Positions 1 through 12,947 of a stretch of DNA of 64,000 bases are shown here, in pieces. Source of the stretch: Octopus sinensis (Eukaryota); the NCBI RefSeq assembly GCF_006345805.1, contig NC_043003.1, positions 34,844,001 through 34,908,000 on the forward strand. The letters run 5' to 3'. Each line of letters starts with the position of its first letter. The stretch's first letter is position 1. Under the pieces are notes generated by a model. The model was given only the letters and a program-made list of their open reading frames with translations. It did no database searches and had not been told where the DNA came from. A program made the translations under genes and the position numbers.

Positions 1-145
1 CATTGTCCATTTTTGCCAGCTGAGTGGACTGGGTCAGTGTGAAAGTGCTTAGCTCAAGAACACAACGCGTCACCCGGTCCAAGAATTGAAACCACAATTT
101 TACGATCATGAATCCAACACCCTGACTACCAAACCATGCACCTAC
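1..145 (-). mobile_element. SINE family C, tRNA-like head plus central domain (fragment, runs off window start)
   Basis: Minus strand reads TGGTTTGGTAGTCAGGGTG...GTGGTTTCAATTCTTGGACCGGG (A/B-box-like), then GTTGTGTTCTTGAGC...CAGTCCACTCAGCTGGCAAAAATG, a typical conserved SINE central domain. Confidence 0.6.
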
Positions 146-493
146 ATGCAAATTAGAAGAGTTGAACAGAAACCTTGAAATATTCATTTACCGTTTCAGG
201 TAACTCTTTCCATCAATCACTCTCTTTCTGTCCTTAACTTTCTTCACACACATTCACCCCACCTCTCAGTCATACAGACACAAACCGCACACATTAAACT
301 ATGGAGTTATTCAAATTCAGGATGCTAGAGGTTTCATAAATGAAGCCCACCCTACCTAGGTGTATTGAGAAGATCAGGCCTAAGAAGTGTGTGAAATTTT
401 TATAAAGTTACACACGTTCTGTTACTCACACGAAACCGCTGGTAACTCGCATAAGAATGAATTATTTTGTTACAGGCATTAATAAACATGCAA

Positions 494-527
<34 letters not shown>

Positions 528-821
528 GCTTTTGAATATGTCTTAGACCGCGGTTTCGTTTGATTGGATATTCACGCCAGAAAGTTATGTATTTTACTGT
601 ATTGTTTTCTTTTTCTTACTTTGAATATGTCCACTGTAACCGCTTCATTAATGCACTCCATATATGGTCATTTTAGTACTTTTAAAAACTGAAATCTGCT
701 GAATACATTTATTATCTGTATATAATGAATATATTTGCTATTTATAGAAGAGTGTCTTGTTTTAATCTGTCATGAAATGCTCCGAACTGTGTTCTGTTCG
801 TTTTCTGACAGTACAATTAAA

Positions 822-889
822 AATATGTGTGTGTTTGTGTATGTATGTGTGTTTGTATGTATGTATGTATGTATGTATGTATGTATGTA

Positions 890-922
<33 letters not shown>

Positions 923-1022
923 ATGTGTATGTATGTATGTATGTATGTATGTATGTATGTATGTATGTATGTGTGTATGTATGTGTGTATGTATGTATGT
1001 ATATATGCATGCATGTATGTAC
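822..1022. repeat. (ATGT)n/(GT)n compound microsatellite
   Basis: Direct reading; source of the CMYV/HTYI ORFs at 735-1064. Confidence 0.95.
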
Positions 1023-1024
1023 AT

Positions 1025-1577
1025 CATTGTCAGGTCACTTTTGAGTGCTACTGGTAACATGTAACTCAGTACAACTTGTTGTATGGTCGGGTCGTCGGCA
1101 ACTAAACCGGCAACTCCACCAAGCTTGCTTGGTGAGGAGGGTGTTTATTGGTCACCCTGCGGGATGAAAAACAAAACAGGTCAAAGGGCGGAAGAACTCT
1201 TGAGAGTGAACGGCCATCCAATAAATGTCTTAAGGCTGTATCATGTGCGGGGACATAGAAGTAATCGAACTGAATGCCCGATCGCTCGGTTAAACCATTG
1301 AGAGTGAGGAACTCCTAGCCGTTGTTAGGTCATCCTTCTAGGAGAAGGTAACTCAGGTAACTGGGATAACTCCGACATAAAACCTGCGGCTCAGTGGTTA
1401 CCGATGATGTTGACTTGTTCTTCTTTTCGGATTGTGGCAGCAGTTGGTTAGTAAGTGGAATTGGCTCAGCGCTCAGCATTTCCTCACTTAAAAAAAAACT
1501 TGCACAGGCATTGCACGATAACAACGTTGATTAAGCTTCGTGCAATGGCCATTCTTGATAACGAGGAGGCAGCCACT
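1025..1577 (+). mobile_element. 553-bp GC-richer insertion, probable non-autonomous RTE-type retroelement derivative
   Basis: Flanked by 12-bp direct repeat ATGTATGTACAT (1013-1024, 1578-1589). Contains GGAGAAGGTAACTC (resembles an RTE 5'-region motif from memory). Ends in GCCATTCTTGATAACGAGGAGGCAGCCAC plus a (TATG)n tail. No long ORF. Confidence 0.45.
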
Positions 1578-1749
1578 ATGTATGTACATATGTATGTCTG
1601 TGTGTATATTTATCTATATGAGTGATAGATGATGCAGTGTCGCTTATGTACCTAATAGCAGCCCAGAAACAGGTATTGAATACTGGAATAAAGATCTATT
1701 CTCTCACTTTACGACATTTATGTGGCCGGTTTATTTCTAACTACATGCA

Positions 1750-1783
<34 letters not shown>

Positions 1784-4449
1784 GAAATGTCTGAGAGTAT
1801 GTCTCTAAATATTATAGAAAAAAAAACAAGGTCAATGTTCTGTAATTTACAAAGGCATACACATAACTGCACACGTGATACATGCATAAATATATGAGCA
1901 TCTACTTCCACATGTTTGGCGAACATGATATTACCTAGTGTTGGAAGTCTTCATTCGTGTGGACCCTTGAGCTTTATGCACGCACACACACACACACACA
2001 CACAAACACACAAACACACACATATCTGTGTGTGTGCGTGTGTGTGTGTCTGCATTTACTTCTGTGTGTATTTATTTGTGTATGTGTGTATGCATATACG
2101 CATGTAAATATGAATATGTAATTATCAAATTATGCATGTCACTCTCTCATTAATTCTCTCTCTTTTAGTTCCCAAACTCGCATGCATTCATATGCGTGTA
2201 TATATATATATATGCAAAATACACATATTTTAAAAATGTCTATTGCGTACGAAACCTTTTCTTTTTTTCCTATCTATAATACCGAGCAATTTATTTGAAA
2301 CATTTATGCACCAACTATTTGCTACATTCATTCTATAATGAAACAGAACTCATATATAAGTCAGCAACTCAATGGAGAATTGCACCTCTCTAGCTCTAAA
2401 TATAAACTTCCAACTGTTATTTATAAGAGACATTTGTAAAATTGTATTTCATCAATGTGATGTTCGTTTACATGCTATTTCGCCCCTAAAATTTATGCTA
2501 AAACGAATTTGCGTATCGGTCTTAAATAAGAGTTTTACGGTGACCCGACTAGTACACACGCGCGCGCGCGCGCGAAACTTATTTTGCGCTTCTAACTGAT
2601 GAAGTATCGAACAACCTTTTAGAAGGTGTTATTTAATGAATGGCTATAGAATCACCCGTCCAATGCACAAACATATATACATGTACAGAACTAGACATAT
2701 TGATATAATTATATATATATATATGCATAAAATATAAATATATGTTCATACATAAATATGTAGATAAGTACGCATGTTTGTATACAATACATACATATTG
2801 TGTGTGTGCATTTTATTTCCCTACTTTTCACTTTACCTTTTTTTCATTTCGGCCCTTGTATTTTGACGTACATCTGACTTTTCATCTATTTCGTTTTCTT
2901 TCACATATTTCCTTTTTCTTGTACTCTCACACACTCTGTCTCTCTGATATCTATATGTCTCCATATTTTGTCACCTTAAATTTTGTTGGCAATTTGTGTT
3001 TCATTTGTATATTGTATCTTTTCTTTGACGGTGATGGTGGTGGTGTTTCTTTTTTTTTGTGGGGGGGATTACTTTCATCTCTTCCCATTCTTTATTCCTT
3101 TTTACACTGAGTAATGTTTTACATTTTTTCTGTTTATCCCACTTCTATACATACATGCACACATATGCAAGACGCACACCTTCACATGCATATGCACACA
3201 CTCAACACTAGAGAATCACACAAATCTGAACATACAAACTGGTACAATTCGTCTAAATGTACCTGTCTAAGCTTGCGGTTTCTAATCATATATCAGATTT
3301 TATTCGTGTAATAAACCTTTAATATTAAAAAAAGCAAACAAATATATAAATAAATTAAAATATACAAAAAAAAAAAGGAAGTAATAATACCCTTCTCAAA
3401 AAAAATAAAAAATAAACGAAACATAAAGATTCCTATTACTCATTTTGCATGCACGTTTGTGCGTCGCTTGAGACCACGGCAACCATATTGCTTCAGCGCG
3501 TCATAACACGAGATTTCAGTGTGATTGCCTGTCTGCCGATACTAAGCCATCCACACTAGCTAGCTATGCCTTGTCTTCTAATCATATCGTATGCGATGTG
3601 ATTTGATTTGGGCCGTTGTCCGTCTGCTCTCTCTCTCTCTCTCCCTCTCTCACTCTCCATCTCATAGACCTCGTCCCTGCTTGCTTAACATCTCGATTTT
3701 TTTCCATCATCACCATCATTGCTATCAACGCCATCGTTGTCGTCTTCGTTGTAGAGGTCGGAAGTGGTAGAGCGGAAGTAAAGTTAACCCCTCATATTTA
3801 ATGGACGTTTGAATATTAAAAACAGTAAGCGAGAGCAGCATACGTCGAGAGATAGAGAAAGAGAGGGGAAGGGAGAGATAAAGAGAGAGTGGGAGATGGT
3901 AATATGAAAGATGAAAAGATACAAAAAAGTTGAAAAATAAAGGAAAATGAGGGGGAAGACAGACAGTAAAAAATATAATGAAAATTAGTAGAAAATAGAA
4001 AAAATATGAAAGCAAACAAGCAGAAATCAAGGCAAACTGTAGCGAAAACAAATGTAATAGAAAATATAAATGAATTAATGAAATAGGGACGGTGATGATG
4101 TTGGCAGTGGCTCTGTTGTGGGAGTGGTGACGTATGGCGAGTGACGAAATGGGTAAATAAAATTATGTATATGTTAATAGCCGGGAATGGCCAAGTGTAA
4201 ATTTGTGAAGCTTGGAGTGACAAATGCACGTTAATAGATGAAGGAAGGATAACATAAAGGGAAATAGAGAAAGCGACAAACATAGGCGGTATTTTAGACA
4301 GAGATAGAGTAGAAAGTTAGATAGATATATATATAGAGAGAGAGAGAGGGAGAGAGAAGTGAGGGAGAAGGAGGGCACAGGTGAAAAGTTAATTGAAGCA
4401 AAATATACATAAACACATAAGTACGTGTCTCATTTGCTTAATGAAGTCC

Positions 4450-4912
4450 AGCATGCTTCCAGACCAAATGGTTCCGCGTTCAGTTCCACTACATGGTACC
4501 TTAAACAATTGTCTTCTACTATAGTCTCGGATTCACTAAAACCTTGCGAGGGGATTTGGTTGACGGAAACTGAAACAAAGACCATTGTGCGAAGGATTAT
4601 ATATGCGAGGGATTATTATATATATGTAAGGTAATCTTAACATCCAACTGAACGTGGATGTGTTCTTAGAGCACCGAATTTTGCGTCATTAACCTCGAGT
4701 CTTCTGCTTTAGCCTCGAGTTGACCAAAGCCTTCGGAGTGGATTTGGTTGACGAAAATTGAAACAAGACCATTGTGTGTTTGTGTGTGTATGTGTATACA
4801 CATATATACACACACACTGTGTCTGTCCTCTATCACTGACTGACTGCCGGTGTTGGTGTTTATATCTCCGTAACTTAGTGGCTCGGCAAAAGAGACCGAC
4901 AGATTAGAACTA

Positions 4913-4915
<3 letters not shown>
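4450..4915 (+). mobile_element. SINE family B copy, rearranged by an internal duplicated module
   Basis: GGTTCCGCGTTCAGTTCCACT (B-box-like), CCTTAAACAATTGTCTTCTACTATAG (CORE-like), GATTTGGTTGACGGAAACTGAAA, then GGTGTTGGTGTTT...CGTAACTTAG...GGCAAAAGAGACCGA as in the other family B copies. Confidence 0.7.

Positions 4916-4916
<1 letters not shown>

Positions 4917-4985
<69 letters not shown>
4917..4985. repeat. (TA)n microsatellite
   Basis: Direct reading. Confidence 0.95.
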
Positions 4986-4991
<6 letters not shown>

Positions 4992-5498
4992 ATCTTTACA
5001 TCCAACTGAACGTGGATGTGTTCTTAGAGCTCCGAATTTTGCGTCACTAACCTTGAGATTTTTGTTTTAGCCTAGAGTTGACCAAAGCCTTCGGAATGGA
5101 TTTGGTTGACGGAAACTAAAACAAGACCATTATATGTGTGGGTGTGGGATACAGGCTCTTGTTGCATAAAAGCACACAAAGATTTTAGTAGGATGAGAAT
5201 CTTCTGTCAGGGACACCGGAACTTCTATATCATCTAATTTTATTCCACTAGAAATCATCAGTGGGTGGCCAATTACGCGCGCGCACCCAAATACACAGAA
5301 ACACAAATGTATAAGTTAAGTGTAACTGTTGGCTATAATACTTCTAAATACTTCTAAAACATAACGTTGCAATATGGTATATTATATTTTTGTAGATCAG
5401 GTGGTATATTGTATTATTATTGTTGCCTCCTGATACTTAGGCTTGACCGCGATGAAATAACGGATCAGCTATCATTGTCACTAAAATAGAAATTAAAG

Positions 5499-5700
5499 AT
5501 GCTAGCTAGCAGAGATGACGTTAGCACGTAGTTGTGAGTTCAAATTCCGCCGGGGTCGACTTTGCCTTTCATCCTTTCGGGGTCGATTAAATAAGTACCA
5601 GTTACGCACTGAGGTCGATGTAATCGACTAAAATCCGTTTGTCTGTCCTTGTTTGTCCTCTCTGTGTTTAGCCCCTTGTTGGTTGTAAAGAAATAAATTA
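5499..5700 (+). mobile_element. SINE family A copy (internally deleted head)
   Basis: GAGTTCAAATTCCGCC (B box), GACTTTGCCTTTCATCCTTTCGGGGTCGATTAAATAAGTACCAG central domain, family tail; matches the many other copies in this window. Confidence 0.85.
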
Positions 5701-6600
5701 GAAATTAATTAAAGATGCTAGCTAGCAGAGACGTTAGCACGTAGTTGTGAGTTCAAATTCCGCCGAAGTTAACTTTGCCTGAATGCTTGTCTATGTGAGT
5801 AGAGCAACATTAATACTTTCTACAATGTTTGGGATTTTACAGGCAGAATGAATTCTCTCATGTAACATGTTGGTCTTTTTTTTTTAAAGTATATAAGTGT
5901 GTAGTTACTGGGACAAAAATGTGTTTCTCACTCTTCAGTCTTTACGAATTGCTAGGAACATTTCTGTTATATATACGTAGTTACACTTTATTATAAATAA
6001 CGATAATTATTACTTTGATTTTGTTTTTATCTTTAGCTAAATAGAACGTAAAAGAGTTATTGATACCCAGATATATAAATGTATAACAAAAAAGACCACA
6101 GCAAATTTTTTTCATTCACAAGATATAGATGTGTTATAGACGCAAATCACCAAGAAATAATCATATCACTTACAGAAAACGTACCAATAAATTCGAAAAT
6201 GTATACATAGAGTGGGGAGGCTTATTTTAATGTAAATGTGTAGGGCATCATCTCTGTGCACGGAGAATATATAAAGATAAGAATTTTTTAAAATAAAAAG
6301 GCCAGAATGGGATAAGAAATGTTGTAGAAGTGTCCAGTGGTTCTCTCGAGAATCGAAGATAATTACCATTGCATGTTAGTAAGATATTAAATATTTAGAT
6401 AAATGACGACAGGACGCCATCGACTTCGATCTTTTATTTAAACCATGCTGATTTTGAAATAAAATGAAAAACTTGTGGATTAAGCACAAACTACAAGCAA
6501 GCTCGAACGAAAGAATTATATCGTGAAATGTGTTCAAAAATAAACAATTTTATTTTAGTAGAGACAGGACTAAATTCTTTAAAAGCTAAATATATATTTC

Positions 6601-6805
6601 TTTACTACCCACAAAGGGCTAAACACAGAGAGGATAAACAAGGACAGACACATCGATTAAGTCGATTATATCGACCCCAGTACGTAACTGGTACTTATTT
6701 AATCGACCCCGAAAGGATGAAAGGCAAAGTCGACCACGGCGGAATTTGAACTCAGAACGTAACGGCAGACGAAATACGGCTACGCATTTCGCCCGGCGTG
6801 CTAAC
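6601..6805 (-). mobile_element. SINE family A copy
   Basis: Reverse complement of the family A body (CTGGTACTTATTTAATCGACCCCGAAAGGATGAAAGGCAAAGTCGACC...GGAATTTGAACTCAGAACGT). Confidence 0.9.
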
Positions 6806-7030
6806 AGAGATAAATCAGCTGAAAATTTGGAAGTAGAAGCTTTGCTACCTCAGTGCATCGTATTTCCATCGTGCCTTTTTGTACGATAAATTAATTCTTT
6901 GAAGAGGCAATTAATTCCCACTGACAGAACAATAGTTTGACACAAAGAGCATGTTGATAGGCCTTAAAGTTATAAAGTTTTTCCGAATTTTCTAAAACAA
7001 CATATACATGTATGTGAGTATAATATATTA

Positions 7031-7298
7031 TTTTATTCTTTTACACGTTTCAGTCATTTGGCTGCGGCCACGCTGAAGCACCACCTTGAAGGGTTTTAGT
7101 CGAAGAAATCGACCCCAGGACTTATTATTTGTAAGCCTAGTATTTATTCTATCTGTCTCTTTTGCCGAACTGCTAAGGTACGGGGTGGTTAACACACCAA
7201 CATCAGTTGTCAAGCGATGGCAACAAACACAGACACAAAGACACGTACACACATAAATATACACATATATGTATATATGTACATATATATATATATAT

Positions 7299-7350
<52 letters not shown>

Positions 7351-7352
7351 AT

Positions 7353-7436
<84 letters not shown>

Positions 7437-7597
7437 CGGGCTTCTTTCAGTTTCCGTCCGTCAAATTCAGTCACAGGGCTCTAGTCTGCCCGAGGCTATA
7501 GTAGAACACACTTGCTTAAAGTGCCACGCGGTGACACTGAACCCGAAATCATTTGTTTGGGAAGCAAGCTACTTAACATGCAACCATGCCTGTGCCT
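7031..7597 (-). mobile_element. SINE family B, full-length, with expanded internal (TA)n tract
   Basis: Minus-strand tRNA-like head at about 7500-7597, CORE-like CTTTAAGCAAGTGTGTTCTACTATAG, internal (TA)n at 7255-7434, tail GCTTCAGCGTGGCCGCAGCCAAATGACTGAAAC. Confidence 0.9.
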
Positions 7598-8574
7598 CTA
7601 TCTGTGTGTATGTATGTGTATCTGTATATATATGCTTGTGTGTTTTGCACACACATACATCCTATACATATGCATATAAACACGGCAGGTTTCAGTTTCG
7701 GTCTACATAATACATTTTTAAATACACTGTCTGTATGTATATGCAAAAATTACTTTTCATAAAACGTAGTGTTTTAAGAGCATATCTACGAATCTAGTGT
7801 GAGTCCATACGTATTAGAATACAGCACCTTTAGTGTATGTATATGTAGTATTTTAATTTCATAAATTTCCTCAGGCGTATGTCCATATGCAAATGCATGT
7901 GTGTAAATGTGTATGTGTTAGTGTATGTTCATACGCAAGTATGAATGTATATATATATATATTTAATATCCCTCTACTATCACAACTACTCCATATTTGC
8001 CACGTTTCACACACTGGACCTCTTCCTACTTAGCACTCCCTTCTCTCACCTCATCTTTGGTTGTAATAGAAATTAATGTTGAAATAACTGTATCGTGTCC
8101 TCTTCTAACTGCCAACCTTTACTCTCCTTTCACACCAGCACGGTCAACCCTCAGCATATCACGCTCACTCCTTACCATTCCCATCCACTATCGTCTGTCC
8201 CCGCGTCATTCCTCTTTTCCCTAATTTCCGCCATTGCTACACAGATATTTACTCACGTACACACGCTCAGATATGCATACACATGCTTATAAATATAAAA
8301 ATACACACGCGCACGCACATGTCTCTTTTACTCTCTCAATTCTGGAAACACAGACAGAAATGTGGTGACTTAGGATGGCCCACCATATACTAGTTTGGTA
8401 GTCCTATGTTCAATTGTATTTGCTTCCGTCTGTGTCTCGCGTTAGCTCTAATAATATTTTCCCCTTATCTTGTTTATTACGTAAATTATTTATGTCTTCA
8501 TGATCATCAACACGATCATAATCATGATCAACATTGTCGTCTCGTCGTCATCACTATCCTCACCATCATCATTA

Positions 8575-8660
8575 CCAGAGCCACCACCACCAACAGCACC
8601 ACCACCACCACCACCACCACCACCACCACCACCACAACCACCACCACCACCACCACAAAG
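8575..8660. repeat. (CAC)n trinucleotide tract
   Basis: Direct reading; gives poly-H/P/T/G pseudo-ORFs in several frames. Confidence 0.9.
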
Positions 8661-8820
8661 CAACAGCAACAACATCAACGCCTCCGCCGATACCTCAAGC
8701 GTCAACACTGTCAACACTCCGACATCATCATCATAATTGTCGCTGTTGTTGCCGTCATCATCATTGTCATCATTAGCATGACTATTGTAATCGATAATGC
8801 AGCGTTCTCACATTTTGTGA

Positions 8821-8874
<54 letters not shown>

Positions 8875-10256
8875 CATTGTTTAAGTAGTATCATAAGTGA
8901 TTTTGTTTTCATTAACATTATTAATATTATCATCATTATTATTATTAATATCGTCATTAGCACCATCATCATCACCATCAGTATCAATGATTGCTTTCTT
9001 TTTTTTTTTCATTTTTGTTTCTTTTCTTTCTTCTTTTTGTTCAGTAATTTTGCCATGGACGGATATACTGCCGGATGGTAAAAGTGTAAGAGACAGCGAG
9101 AAAGAGACAGTGTGAGAGATTGAGTGAGTGAGTGAGTGAATGAATAAGTGAGTGAGAGAGAAAGAGAGGGGGTGGGTTGAAAGAAAGAGAGAGAGCGGGA
9201 AAAGGAGAGCAAGAGAGAAGAGTATGAGTATGAGAAGAGTATGAGTATGAGAGAGAAAAACATGTTGCGAAGGATGTTATTATATCCAGATTTATAGATG
9301 TAATAGATAAATCAATGAAAGCATAAAGGCAGACAGACAGACAGAGACAGAGACAGACATATAGATATTGAGATATTGTAAGACATCTACAAGGAATGAG
9401 AGTGATAGAATAAGTGTGTGAGTGAGTGAGGGAGAGAGAAAGACAGAGAGATACTTTGAAAGTGAAAGTGAAACTGAACAGAGAACGGTTGATTACTTAA
9501 AAGGAAAATAAAAACTATCATTGAGAAACTGTGTGTCTGTCTTTATATGTACATGTATATGTATATGTATATATTTATACGCGTGTGTGCGTGTATGTGA
9601 GTGCGTGCACGTGTATATTTGTGTGTGTTTAAGATAAGTGAAGAGAGAAAAAGGGACCAAAAAGTTAAATAAATAGAGGAAAACAAGAGAAAGAACTGGT
9701 AAATGGAGAGTCTGAGATGGAGAAAATGGAAGGAATGGTCGGTCGGTCGGTCGGTTTATCGGTTGGTTGGGTTAGTTGACTGGTTGGCTGGCTGTCTGGC
9801 TGGCTGGTTTGTTGGGAGAGAAGTGTTCCAGCTACTAGGACGATTGCAACGAACGCAGAAAAAAGGTTGGTGGAAGTGATGGTTGAAATGAGGACAGCCG
9901 GTTGAAACAAAATAGAGGAGGAGCATGAAATAGAAAAAAAAAAAAAACTAAATAAGATAAAAAAAAGTAAAGGAAAAAAACAAAACAAAACGAAAGAAAC
10001 AAGAGAGAAAAGGATAAAAACGGTGTGCGTGCTGCTTGTTTCTGAATGTGTTCGTCTGTTGGTGCTGGGACACGTACACGCTCACACGCATACACTTTTT
10101 CTGCAATCTCGCACCGATCTGTCGAGCGTCCGATAATAGATCGGGTCGGATTGCGTGTGAGTTACACCAATCCGTATGTCTAACATATGCTGGTGCCACA
10201 CAACAAACAGATCAATCTATGAATCCAATATCAGGGAGGGATGTTTTTCTTTCCTT

Positions 10257-10288
<32 letters not shown>

Positions 10289-10439
10289 TTTTTACTTTCT
10301 TTAAACAAGCATTTTTTTTTCTACACATTTCTCTAGGCCGACTTGTTTTGCTTGTTGTGAGCATGCATCTGATTGCTTAGCTGAACAGAGAGATAAGACG
10401 AAAACGAAAAAGAAAAAGACCAGCAAATAATGTGGTTGG

Positions 10440-10447
10440 CACACACG

Positions 10448-10525
<78 letters not shown>
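10440..10525. repeat. (CA)n microsatellite
   Basis: Direct reading. Confidence 0.95.
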
Positions 10526-10526
<1 letters not shown>

Positions 10527-10608
10527 ACCCATACACACATACACACAAATGCACACATGTGCTTTCTATTCATGTAAGTATGCGTGTCTGTCTGTTTGTG
10601 CGTGTTTG

Positions 10609-10650
<42 letters not shown>

Positions 10651-12760
10651 CACACACACACATATATATATATATATACATATATAAATATATATACAAA
10701 TGCACACACACACATGATATTTTAGTTTTTATACTTTGTTATTGTCCAGTTATGAATGAGCTAATCTCTAACCAAGAAACAAGACTCCCTCATTGAAATT
10801 TTGTCTGCAGTGACTGTAAATTTACATGCTTAACTTTATATGTTTATATTATTATTATATACATTTTTTTTTCTTCTTGCGGTGCGGTTCTATTTATTGA
10901 TGCAATTTGTTTAATTTGTAATTAAGGTACCTTTTTTTAACCTCAGAATCTAACCATTAAACAAGTACTTTATAAACATCTTCACTCGTTACAAACAGCA
11001 ACATCTATCAAAGATAAAATGTTGACCTATAACCAGTTCTTCCAAATCAACTGTCCATTAATATTTTTCTATCTCATTGACTACATGAGACACTTTTAGC
11101 GACTGAATGTTAACATGTTTTACAAATTATATTTCTTTCTTCTTTCTTTTTTCTTTTTCGTTTTACCTTCTATATTTTCTTTATAAATGTGTAGGCTTCC
11201 TGTCTTTTGACAGAAATTAAAACAACAGATGTATAGCTGCTGCAGTTTAGCCCAAGGAAAGGCTTGACATATAATCAAAGGGTTTCGTTAATCTGTTTCT
11301 ATTTGGTAAAATATTTTTATTGGACTGTTTATGGTACATCTTTCGTTGTATGAAATGTAGATATTTCCGTAAACACATATATTTAACACTTCCCACGTGG
11401 AGTAGCTTATCATCTTCACGATAACAACGTATTCATATGTGATTGTTGTAAATTGTGTAGGTGTGTCCGTACGACAGTTAGCGACTCTGTGTGTGTGTGT
11501 GTGTGTGTGGTGTGTGTGTGTGTGTGTGTGTGCATATGTGTTGTGGGTGTGAGTACGTATGAGTGAATATCTGTAGAGACGTTTAAATATGGATATACAT
11601 GCACATACATTCATGTAAAACATGACTATTCTTCTAAAACGAATTTAAGAATAAAAACTGAATATTGATCGAGTAAGTGACTCTCTGCTGTGGATTAAGA
11701 GTCAAATTTCTGGTATACTTCGAGTCGATCAGGACTTTCAGTTTGGGCTATATTAGTCTATTCAACAGAATGTTTGAATAACGCATAATTACTGTGCCTG
11801 CCAATTCAAGAATACACACGCACACACACAAACACACACACACACATACTCACTCACACACACATATACTCACTCACACACACACACACACACACACGAG
11901 CGCGGGCAATATAGGATATGGATTCAGAGTATTATGTGGCTGTCACAGTAAGCTCCTCGCACGGACTTGGATATCAGTTCACATATTAACCAACTATTAA
12001 GTAGTTCATTGCAAAGTCTCCAAACAGTTAAAAATCCCTAAATATCAGCAACAAATTTATTCTGTGAGGAGTATATGAAACATAATGTCAAGACGTATGA
12101 GAGATGAATATATAAATATGCAAATATTTAACCACCTGACGTCCATAGTATTACGACTGTTTCGCAACTTTCTTCATATAGTATTATTAATTTCAGGTTA
12201 CAAGTAATTATGCGCACAGGTTTGCATGAAAGTTTTCTCATTATTGAATTTACAATTTTTAATCACGAATTAATGCAAATAAAGAAACCTAATTCATCAG
12301 ATCCCGATAATATCGTAGTCAGATCAATGTTTCAACTCTAAATCTGCATACAATTTTCAATCTGTGTGTGTGTGTGTGCGTGCGCGCACGCGCTTGTGTG
12401 TATCAAGGATTGAAGAGACAAAACACAACAAGGAGAAAATGTTAGACGAGAGCAGAGCAAACGAGAAACTAGACGAAATTTGCTGACAGGAAATATAGAC
12501 AAAGACACGATGCACAGAATATTCGCAGCTGAGTTTACCTTGTCAGTCAATGACATAAAATATCATAGTAGTTTCACGCCATTAATGTATGGAAAGCTAT
12601 AATCAGACAAAGTTACAATGAATTAGTTAATAATAAAAGTAAACATCAGAGTAAAGGTATACTTTTACTGACCAAATCAATGTAATTTTGCCCAATTCTT
12701 TCCTTCCATATATGGATATGGAAAGAAAGAATATTTGTATGTATGATTACGATTAATTCT

Positions 12761-12947
12761 TATCTACTCCAGGCACAAGGTCCGAAACTTTGGGGGCCAG
12801 TCGATTCGATCCACCCAGGTACGCAACTGGTACTTAATTTATCAACCCTGAAAGGGATGAAAGGTAAAGCCGACCACGGCGGAATTTGAAATCAGAACTT
12901 AAAGACAGACGAAATACCGCTAAGCATTTCGTCCGACGTGCTAACGT
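12761..12947 (-). mobile_element. SINE family A copy
   Basis: CTGGTACTTAATTTATCAACCCTGAAGGGATGAAAGGTAAAGCCGACCACGGCGGAATTTGAAATCAGAAC. Confidence 0.85.

Noticed and set aside
2590-2625. TTCTAA-CTGATGA...TTAGAA hammerhead-like segment
   Set aside because: Lacks GAAA, stem II and stem III; at best a very decayed relic.
5915-5942. CTGAAGA...GAAA...GTC hammerhead-like order on the minus strand
   Set aside because: Only 4 nt (GTGA) lie between the core elements, so stem II cannot form.
8406-8888. Poly-His/Pro/Thr/Gly ORFs
   Set aside because: (CAC)n and (CAT)n tracts open in several frames, with no splice or domain support.
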